Source: Roseiflexaceae bacterium
GTDB lineage: Bacteria; Chloroflexota; Chloroflexia; Chloroflexales; Roseiflexaceae
NCBI GenBank assembly: GCA_031362265.1
Contig: JANLSE010000453.1
Location: 1 to 15,130, forward strand
DNA: 15,130 nt
Direction: 5' to 3'
The notes under the pieces were generated by a model. The model had not been told where the DNA came from, searched no databases, and was given only the letters and a program-made list of their open reading frames with translations. Below are positions 8,549-15,130 of this stretch, piece by piece. The position numbers and the translations under genes were made by a program. Each line of letters begins with the position of its first letter. Positions within the stretch are counted from its first letter, which is position 1.

Positions 8549-8549
8549 T

Positions 8550-9491
8550 ATGCCAAATACGATGGCCAATCCAGTCGAAGTTGTTGTCATCGGGGCTGCA
8601 TGCCTCGATGTAAAGGCGCGCCTGCGTGGCGATACCTTAGCAGGTACATCAAATCCAGGCGATGTGCGCATCAGTATTGGTGGATGTGCGCGTAATATCG
8701 CGGAAAACCTGGCTCGCCTAGGGACAAGTACGGTTTTGCTGAGTGCCGTTTGTGAAGATGATTTTGGGCATACGATCATCCGCCAGACAGCCAAAGCGGG
8801 GGTAAACACCGAATATGTGATTCGCTCGTGTGATCAGCACTCAGCTGCTTATATTGCACTGGTTGGTTCACAGGGCCAGCTATTGGTTGGTGTTGATGAT
8901 ACAATTGCGACATCCGCGCTCACACCTGAGTATATTGCTGAGCATGCTACCCTACTTTCAGCGGCGCGAATGGTTGTGATCGATGCGAATGTATCAATCG
9001 AGAGTGCTGAGCTCATCCTTGCGATCTGCCGTGAGGCCGAAGTGCCAGTTGTACTCGATCCTGCGGCATATACGCCTGCGTTGCGCTATCGGCATTTGGC
9101 TGGTTCGTTTGCGATTATTGTGCTGAATGAGATCGAGGCGCAGGCGATGACAGATGTGACGATTACAGGCGAGTCACAAGCTATTCAGGCCGCCAAACAG
9201 TTGATCGCTATGGGTGTCGAAATCGCAATTATTACGCGTGCTGAAGCTGGGCTGGTCTATGCGACACGCGATATGAATGGGAATGTTCCCGCGTTTGCAG
9301 TAGAGGTTGTTGATCCAACAGGTGCAGATGATGCGTTGGCCGCAACAGTTATTTATTCATTGTTGAATGACATTCCAATCGACGAAGCGGTTCGACTGGG
9401 GGTTAGTGCAGCGGCATTGACTCTTTCATCGGTTGAGACAGTGCGTCAGGATCTAAGCCTTGAGAGCCTGTATGCCCAGTTGGTGATATGA
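8550..9491 (+). CDS. PfkB-family (ribokinase-like) carbohydrate/nucleoside kinase. A pseudouridine-kinase-like glycine-rich segment is present (GGCARNIAENLARLG).
   Basis: An N-terminal GAACLD segment is present, along with GGCARNIAENLARLG and the C-terminal PfkB signature VVDPTGADDALAATVIY (DTxGAGD-type). The ORF track begins at 8463 and overlaps the upstream gene by 86 nt. I prefer the in-frame ATG at 8550 (MPNTMANPVEVVVIGAA), 1 nt after the upstream TAA. The stop overlaps the next start as ATGA. Confidence 0.8.
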   Translation: MPNTMANPVEVVVIGAACLDVKARLRGDTLAGTSNPGDVRISIGGCARNIAENLARLGTSTVLLSAVCEDDFGHTIIRQTAKAGVNTEYVIRSCDQHSAAYIALVGSQGQLLVGVDDTIATSALTPEYIAEHATLLSAARMVVIDANVSIESAELILAICREAEVPVVLDPAAYTPALRYRHLAGSFAIIVLNEIEAQAMTDVTITGESQAIQAAKQLIAMGVEIAIITRAEAGLVYATRDMNGNVPAFAVEVVDPTGADDALAATVIYSLLNDIPIDEAVRLGVSAAALTLSSVETVRQDLSLESLYAQLVI

Positions 9492-10837
9492 GCGCGCAAA
9501 TATTGCTTGCGGACGACGAGCGCTCGGTACGTCAACTTTTGGAGCTGGTGCTCGAGAAGGAAGGCTACGACGTTCGAACCGTACAAAATGGCGATGAGTT
9601 GGTGCGTGCGGCTCAAGAGCAGGTGCCGGATTTGATCATTGCCGATTTAATGATGCCAATCCTCGATGGCTACGAAGCAATTCGTCAGATGCGGAATGAC
9701 ACGCGTACTGCGCATGTCCCCATGATTATTGTCACCGCGAAATCAGGCCCAGAAGATGTCGTTACTGGCTTCGAAACGGGTGCGGATGATTACATAACGA
9801 AGCCATTTAATATTCCCGAACTCCTGGCTCGCATTAAAGGGTTGCTGCGTCGCGCAACTGCCCAACCTGTCCGTAATCCACTTACAGGGTTACCTGGGAG
9901 TGTATTGCTTGATGAGGAGATTCGCTATCGGCTGAAGAATGAAGGCCGCTTCGCGATGCTCTATATTGATGTTGATAATTTTAAGTCATTTAACGATACC
10001 TATGGGCCAGCACGTGGTGATCGGGTCATTAAGTTGGTTGCAGAATTATTGCTTGATGTCATTCAACGAAGTGGGTCGAAACTCGACTTTATTGGCCATA
10101 TTGGTGGCGATGATTTTGCTGTATTGACCTTGCCTGAAACCGTTCAAATGATATGCCTCAATTTAATTGCTGAATTTGATCAGCGGGTGCGCGCACTCTA
10201 TGATGAGCCAGATTTGGAACGTGGCTACCTTATGGGTGTCGATCGTCAAGGGATTCCGCGCTCGTTCCCGATCATTTCAATCTCGATTGGTGTTGTGACG
10301 AACCTTCAGCGCACATTTGCGAGCTATGAGGATGTCAGCCGCATTGCAACTGAGATGAAGGCGTTTGCAAAACAACAACCGGGCAGCAGCTTTGCGATTG
10401 ATGGGCGGGTTGGCGCGGGTCGCACTATGCTTGCGGATCGGCGTGGTGTTCGTACAGCCGGTGTATTACTAGTGTGCCCAGAGCAACAGTTACGTACAAC
10501 GCTGACGCGTGCGCTGGTTGATACAGGGTATCGGGTGTTTGAAGCACCTGGCATCCTTGAAGCACATGTCCTGTTGGCGCGCTCACTTCAACTGGCGTTG
10601 GTTGTGCTGGATGCGCAACTTGGCATAGATATCTGGGAATTGGTTCGCACGATCCACAAACAGCCGCAATCGATTGTGATTCTTGTCATGTCAAATAGCG
10701 CCTCCGATGAACGTAGTGGCGTTGATCGGGTGCAATTCTTGCGCCGCCCGTTCGAAATTGCCCAGTTTGTTGAGCGAGTTGGCTTTGTGATGACGCAGAC
10801 ACTGCAAAGTTCGTCCGAATCTGCCGAATTGCAATGA
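9488..10837 (+). CDS. Response regulator with a REC - GGDEF - degenerate REC architecture. The GGDEF signature reads GGDDF.
   Basis: The N-terminal receiver is canonical: ILLADDE, phosphoacceptor D in DLIIADLMMP, IIVTAK and KPF. The GGDEF domain spans RNPLTGLPG ... DVDNFKSFNDTYGPARGD ... HIGGDDFAVL ... ISISIGVV, with the motif at nt 10103-10117. The C-terminal receiver-like domain runs from about residue 320 to 430. It keeps VVLDAQL but has RRPF in place of the conserved KPF and lacks the N-terminal acidic pair. Confidence 0.85.
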   Translation: MSAQILLADDERSVRQLLELVLEKEGYDVRTVQNGDELVRAAQEQVPDLIIADLMMPILDGYEAIRQMRNDTRTAHVPMIIVTAKSGPEDVVTGFETGADDYITKPFNIPELLARIKGLLRRATAQPVRNPLTGLPGSVLLDEEIRYRLKNEGRFAMLYIDVDNFKSFNDTYGPARGDRVIKLVAELLLDVIQRSGSKLDFIGHIGGDDFAVLTLPETVQMICLNLIAEFDQRVRALYDEPDLERGYLMGVDRQGIPRSFPIISISIGVVTNLQRTFASYEDVSRIATEMKAFAKQQPGSSFAIDGRVGAGRTMLADRRGVRTAGVLLVCPEQQLRTTLTRALVDTGYRVFEAPGILEAHVLLARSLQLALVVLDAQLGIDIWELVRTIHKQPQSIVILVMSNSASDERSGVDRVQFLRRPFEIAQFVERVGFVMTQTLQSSSESAELQ

Positions 10838-10859
10838 GGTGTGGTAAAGGCCTTCTACT

Positions 10860-13800
10860 ATGAATGCGATGATTGCCCTTATCCTCATTATTCCGCTCGT
10901 CGTTGCGCTCGTTGCCATTGTAATGCTGCGCATGAATCTGCTTAGCCGTTTTCGCACGCGCCCACCCGCTGTCGGGGAGCAACCCACGCAATCCACGAAG
11001 GATCCAGCGACTGGTACAACAGCCCTTGTTGCAGTTGCCCCAATACGCACACGCCCTGGCGCAATCGGCCGCGTGTTGCATACCGCAAATAATCGCCATC
11101 TTCGCCTTGGGGTGGCGGCACTCCTTACCATTGGCGTTTTCAGCATGGTTCTTATGCGTGTTATCGCAACCCCAGTTAATGATGATTTTGTAGTGCTGGT
11201 GGCACCATTTCAAGAGCAAAATGGCAGTATTACCCAAACCGGTCGCTCGGCTGCCGAAAGCCTCGTTGCGCTGCTTCCGCAAGCCACAAACGGCCGCGTT
11301 CAGGCACACCTAGTTATCGAGCCTCCTGCCGACGAACAATCTGCCCGTACACTTCTCACGAAGAATAGTGCCGATGTGCTTATTTGGGGAACGATCTCAA
11401 CCGGAGGATTGCTTGACGATGTAACACTCATGCCGCTTTTGGCCTATCAGCCTAACGGTGTGTATGCGCCATTCGTTTGGGATGGCTATATCAGTCGTTT
11501 TGCTATTCCACTACAATATCGGATTTCAAATGCACCAATTAATGCGGCAGTTGTATTACCTCGATTACTCTCTGCGATTGCTGATTACGGCAATAATCAC
11601 CCCGATTCTGCACACCTGCTCCTAAGTCGGCTTCTGTCTGAATATCCCGCCCTCGATCATACGCTGCCCAATATGTTGCTTGGCAATTTGAATTGGGCAC
11701 GTGGTGAAACTCCTGCAGCAGTAGATGCATATCGGCGTGCACTGGTGGATGCCGATACACAGGGCAGTTTGCCACAGGCCGCGCTCCTGCTCAATAATCT
11801 TGGTGCTATCCTACAGGATGCCGGTGATCTCACCTCACGCGATGCCTTTAATCAGGCGATCACGCTCCTTAATACAAGCGGGGCAGATCTTGGTGAACTA
11901 CGTTACAACATGGCTCGTAGTGCCATGGCAGCCGATGATCCAGCTGCAGCTCTTCCATCGATTGAAGCTGCTAGGCGTTTACTGCCAGCATCGAGTGTGT
12001 TGCTACTAGACACAGCTGAGGCTATGCGTGCTAATGGCCAGATTCGCGATCCAGATGCCGACACTACAAGTACTGATGAGGATGCACTTGCTGTTCTTGC
12101 ACGGGTTGAGCGACAGATAGCACGCGATATCGATTCGGTGATTCCAGATGTGCGCCAGGCGCAATCCAATCAGTTGCGTGCAGATTATGTACGCGAACAG
12201 GCCCTTGTGCGCCTTACGCGCCTGATTGGGCTACGCGGCCCACTTTTGTGGGGCATGGAAGCGCGAAATGATCTCAACGAGCAGACTCTTGGGCAACTAC
12301 GGGCGGCCCTTGGTGAAGCAGTTTCACTCGAACGAGATCGGGCACGCACTTGGAATATTCATGCGGTAGCTGAGGATGCGGCTGGTCGGCCAATCGCTGG
12401 CCAAATTGCTGCCTACCAGGCCCGGCTTGCCGATCAGGATATGCACGACTCACAGCGTTGGCAGGCGGTTATTGCTGCCGAAATCGGCGAATCCCAGAAT
12501 GTACGGCCGCAAGGAGGCTTTGCTGGTTTTTGGGCTGGGCTGATGGGCGGGAATTCGCCGCTTAGCGAATCGAAACGAACCCTTGAAGAGTTGGTGGCGC
12601 AGAAGCCACGTGACACGGAACTGCTGGTTCTGCTTGGCCATACACTTCTCGCACGCGGCGATCTTCAAGAGGCCACGGCAAATTTTAATACGGCTGATAC
12701 ACTCGCACCTAACCGCCCTGAAGCACTTTATGGCTTGGCAATGGTGCGGCTCGCCGATAACCAGGCGGATGCAGCACAACGGAATGCTGATGCTCGTGCA
12801 CTCTTCAACCGTGCAATTGAGCGTAACCAGGCATTTTACCCTGCCCGTATTCAATTGGCACTGCTAGCCGAGAACGAAGCCGATTGGCCGACAGCACTTA
12901 TTCAACGGCGTATGCTTGCAGCTGAGCAAAATAGCGACACAACCCTGATTACCCTTGCTCATACATTACGGTTGAGTGGGCGGGATGGCTATTTGGAAGC
13001 CGAAAAACTGCTACTGCCACTGGCAAACCGTAATAATATTCAAGCACTCATCGAACTGAGCGAGATCTATCGTGGTGCCAGCAATCTTGATGCACAACGT
13101 AGTGTCTTAGAGCACGCCCAGCGCATTGCACCACGAAATGTTGAAGTTGCCTATGATCTTGGTATAATTGCGCTGGCACAAAAAGATACAACTGAAGCAG
13201 AGCGCCAATTCCGTGTCGCACTTGCTACTAACCATGAGCATGTCCCATCACTGCTTGCAATGGCCAATTTGAATATGGCCAAACCCAGCGTTGCAGCCGA
13301 TTATTATCGTCAAGCTCTTGCGGCTGGGGCGAATGATGTGCCAACGCTCAAATCGATCGGGAGCACAATGGCGGCAGCAGCCCAGGATGAATTGGCACTG
13401 AACGCCTATGAACAGGCGCAAAAATATGCTCCAGATGATGCGGAAATTGCCTATTACATCGCCCAAGCGAACTTACATATTGGGAGCCTGGACAAAGCTG
13501 ACAAAGCTGCACAGCGTGCACTCGAATTACACCAGGGCGCTTATCCCGAAGTACAGGTTGTTCTTGGTGATATCGCACTTGCTCGTAATCAACCCGATCA
13601 GGCACGTGCTCAATATGAGTCAGCGCTTCGTGCCAATTCAAATCTTGCTACGGCACATATTGGGCTTGGCCGATCGATTGCGGCAAAGGGTGAATGGTCT
13701 GTTGCTGCTGGCCACTTTCGAAACGCGGTAAGCCTCAATCCTAATCAGCCCGATGCACGCCTCTGGCTCGCTGAGGCACTGATTCGCCAAAACGATCCAA

Positions 13801-14414
13801 CCTCAGCACTGGAACAATATCAAATTGCGTTAATATTACGCCCTGCATATCCTGAGGCCCTGTTTGGTACAGCGCAAGCGCAGATGGCACTTGGGCAACT
13901 CACGGATGCTGAAACGAACCTTGCGGCAGCAATAAGCGCGCGGCCCAAGTATGCAGAGGCATTTCTATTACGGGGCAAACTCTATGAGCAGACCGAACAA
14001 GATCGGAAGGCACTTGCTGCATATGAGGAAGCAATCGCTGCGAATACACAGCTTCCCGAACCTCATTATCGGCGCGCGTTGTTACTGATTCAGAGAAATC
14101 GCCTAGAGGATGCGCGTGGTGATCTGAACGCAGCACTTAAATCACAGCCTGTCTTTCCAGAGGCTAACTATTGGATTGGGCGAATTGAATTTGCCCAGGC
14201 GCACTATCAGGATGCACTCACCCGCTTTCAGAGCGCGGTTGACCAAGCATCCGGTATCTACCCCGAAGCGCGCTTCTACCAAGGGCTCACGGAGGAGCAG
14301 ATCGGCCTCCGTGACGCTGCTATTCAATCCTTCCGCACCACTCTTAGTCAGAGTGAAACTGGCCCCTGGGCAGGTGAAGCTCGCGCTGCTCTCAATCGGC
14401 TTGGTGCTCAGTAA
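10860..14414 (+). CDS. Large membrane-anchored tetratricopeptide-repeat (TPR) protein with two N-terminal TM helices, a non-TPR domain of about 230 aa, and more than 15 TPR units
   Basis: TM1 is at residues 4-24 and is followed by a positively charged loop (RFRTRPP). TM2 is at about 82-100. Many 34-residue TPR-like units follow, for example AYYIAQANLHIGSLDKADKAAQRALEL, ARAQYESALRANSNLATAHIGLGRS, AAGHFRNAVSLNPNQPDARLWLAEA, KALAAYEEAIAANTQLPEPHYRRA and HYQDALTRFQSAVDQASGIYPEARFY. ATG 10860 is the first start after an in-frame TAA at 10845-10847. AAGG lies 10 nt upstream. Confidence 0.85.
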   Translation: MNAMIALILIIPLVVALVAIVMLRMNLLSRFRTRPPAVGEQPTQSTKDPATGTTALVAVAPIRTRPGAIGRVLHTANNRHLRLGVAALLTIGVFSMVLMRVIATPVNDDFVVLVAPFQEQNGSITQTGRSAAESLVALLPQATNGRVQAHLVIEPPADEQSARTLLTKNSADVLIWGTISTGGLLDDVTLMPLLAYQPNGVYAPFVWDGYISRFAIPLQYRISNAPINAAVVLPRLLSAIADYGNNHPDSAHLLLSRLLSEYPALDHTLPNMLLGNLNWARGETPAAVDAYRRALVDADTQGSLPQAALLLNNLGAILQDAGDLTSRDAFNQAITLLNTSGADLGELRYNMARSAMAADDPAAALPSIEAARRLLPASSVLLLDTAEAMRANGQIRDPDADTTSTDEDALAVLARVERQIARDIDSVIPDVRQAQSNQLRADYVREQALVRLTRLIGLRGPLLWGMEARNDLNEQTLGQLRAALGEAVSLERDRARTWNIHAVAEDAAGRPIAGQIAAYQARLADQDMHDSQRWQAVIAAEIGESQNVRPQGGFAGFWAGLMGGNSPLSESKRTLEELVAQKPRDTELLVLLGHTLLARGDLQEATANFNTADTLAPNRPEALYGLAMVRLADNQADAAQRNADARALFNRAIERNQAFYPARIQLALLAENEADWPTALIQRRMLAAEQNSDTTLITLAHTLRLSGRDGYLEAEKLLLPLANRNNIQALIELSEIYRGASNLDAQRSVLEHAQRIAPRNVEVAYDLGIIALAQKDTTEAERQFRVALATNHEHVPSLLAMANLNMAKPSVAADYYRQALAAGANDVPTLKSIGSTMAAAAQDELALNAYEQAQKYAPDDAEIAYYIAQANLHIGSLDKADKAAQRALELHQGAYPEVQVVLGDIALARNQPDQARAQYESALRANSNLATAHIGLGRSIAAKGEWSVAAGHFRNAVSLNPNQPDARLWLAEALIRQNDPTSALEQYQIALILRPAYPEALFGTAQAQMALGQLTDAETNLAAAISARPKYAEAFLLRGKLYEQTEQDRKALAAYEEAIAANTQLPEPHYRRALLLIQRNRLEDARGDLNAALKSQPVFPEANYWIGRIEFAQAHYQDALTRFQSAVDQASGIYPEARFYQGLTEEQIGLRDAAIQSFRTTLSQSETGPWAGEARAALNRLGAQ

Positions 14415-14429
14415 GAGAGACAATCGTTC

Positions 14430-15038
14430 ATGCCAGCCCGCAAATACAAGCTCGCTCTTCAGCAGTTTCAATCCGAGCGGTTGCGCCGTGATCATGCTGA
14501 TCTTGCTGCCGAGCCACAGTACCAGGCGATCGGCGAATTCTTCTTCAATGAAATGTATGGCCCACGCGATTTTACTGCGCGCGATGATCAAGCACGCAGG
14601 TTGCACCAGTTTGTGCATATCATCCCTGGGCTGACAATTCGTGATGTTGAACCAGCGCTACAGCTGCTAGAGCTTTCTAATCGCCTTGATGAGATTGTTG
14701 TTCAGCACCTGATCGATTTAGGCGCCCCGATTGATTTTGATGAGAAGCTCTACGACCTGGCTTATCATTTGGCAAACAATTATGCCGATCGAATGGCACA
14801 GCTGGAACTCGTGCGGAGCGCGCTCTATAATGTTTTTCGAACTTCTGGTAAGCCTCTCACCCGCCTGGCGATCGATCGTACCGAACACATAGCCCAGGTT
14901 GTTGGGATGAGCGATATTCATCGTTTCCTCAAATCAGGATACCACGCAATTCAATCTGTTCGCGATATTTATCGCTTTGTCGAGACGGTATATGTTCGTG
15001 AGAAAGATCGCCTTGATCGAATCTATGCGAAATCATAG
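14430..15038 (+). CDS. Hypothetical protein of 202 aa with no recognisable motif. It appears predominantly alpha-helical and soluble.
   Basis: This is the only long ORF not contained in a known gene at this position. It lies 15 nt after the TPR gene stop on the same strand. Its amino-acid composition resembles that of the neighbouring real genes, and it is acidic/aromatic-rich (EFFFNEMYGPRDFTARDD). I see no catalytic signature. The competing minus-strand ORFs 14142-14618 and 14718-14921 are antisense to real genes. Confidence 0.55.
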   Translation: MPARKYKLALQQFQSERLRRDHADLAAEPQYQAIGEFFFNEMYGPRDFTARDDQARRLHQFVHIIPGLTIRDVEPALQLLELSNRLDEIVVQHLIDLGAPIDFDEKLYDLAYHLANNYADRMAQLELVRSALYNVFRTSGKPLTRLAIDRTEHIAQVVGMSDIHRFLKSGYHAIQSVRDIYRFVETVYVREKDRLDRIYAKS

Positions 15039-15050
15039 CTATTAGTAGGC

Positions 15051-15097
15051 GACGGATTTGATACGGCTGATTGTCTCATTGGTATCAAGTGTCCGTC
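15051..15097. terminator. Bipartite inverted repeat / stem-loop 13 nt after the last + strand CDS (GACGGA-T-TTGATAC-[17-nt loop]-GTATCAA-GTG-TCCGTC). It is a possible terminator or structured RNA element.
   Basis: Read directly from the sequence. GACGGA at 15051-15056 pairs with TCCGTC at 15092-15097, and TTGATAC at 15058-15064 pairs with GTATCAA at 15082-15088. No U-tract follows, so it is not a canonical intrinsic terminator. Confidence 0.3.
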
Positions 15098-15130
15098 ATC
15101 CACCATCCAGCTAGCCCTGCTACGATCAGC

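Noticed and set aside
8463-8549. An in-frame 5' extension of the PfkB kinase ORF (MMRSMMIMNTRSCWRVAHLLVCFQHRRSN...) overlaps the SPFH gene 3' end by 86 nt
   Set aside because: The extension is Cys/Trp/His-rich, which is antisense-like composition, and would force an 86-nt overlap. The ATG at 8550 sits 1 nt after the upstream TAA and begins the conserved N-terminus (MPNTMANPVEVVVIGAA).
10686-11309. Minus-strand ORFs of 207 aa and 151 aa overlapping the end of the response-regulator gene and the start of the TPR gene
   Set aside because: They are wholly antisense to two well-supported + strand genes. Their composition is non-protein-like (Cys/His/Arg/Asn-rich) and they have no ribosome-binding site context.
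13491-13508. A perfect in-frame 9-nt tandem duplication GACAAAGCT GACAAAGCT (encoding DKADKA) inside the TPR gene
   Set aside because: It is a short slippage-type duplication inside a repeat protein. It preserves the frame and has no evident functional implication.
1-15130. A search for CRISPR arrays, tRNA/rRNA genes, transposase/integrase genes and inverted terminal repeats
   Set aside because: There are no repeat-spacer arrays. No noncoding stretch is long enough for a tRNA; the non-coding regions are 164 nt or shorter. No recombinase-like ORFs are present. The only repeats are the 22-nt pair at 1799-1850 and short leader motifs.

Overview
The window is a moderate-GC bacterial chromosomal segment, roughly 50-55% GC by eye. 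The gene content and architecture look Chloroflexi-like, but I cannot confirm that without a database search. The whole window is coding apart from one strongly AT-rich intergenic region at 6273-6436. I support ten protein-coding genes in three transcriptional blocks.

(1) A + strand bacterial dynamin-like GTPase at the left edge, 25-1779. It converges on block 2 across an 88-nt spacer that carries a 22-nt direct repeat.

(2) A minus-strand block fmt -> S41 C-terminal processing peptidase -> GT-C membrane glycosyltransferase, 6272 down to 1868.

(3) A six-gene + strand block with zero-gap or overlapping junctions, 6437-15038, transcribed divergently from block 2. Its genes, in order, are a Zn-dependent MDR dehydrogenase, a 4-TM SPFH/band-7 protein, a PfkB-family kinase, and a REC-GGDEF-pseudoREC response regulator whose GGDEF motif reads GGDDF. 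These are followed by a 1184-aa membrane-anchored TPR protein and a 202-aa protein with no recognisable motif.

I found no tRNA or rRNA genes, CRISPR arrays, transposase/integrase genes or obvious pseudogenes. The most novel-looking item is block 3. It reads as an uncharacterised membrane-associated signalling module that pairs a membrane scaffold with a likely non-catalytic c-di-GMP-type regulator. The edge-truncated dynamin locus is the second item of interest; a partner gene may lie upstream of the window. All functional calls rest on motifs read by eye and need homology searches to confirm.
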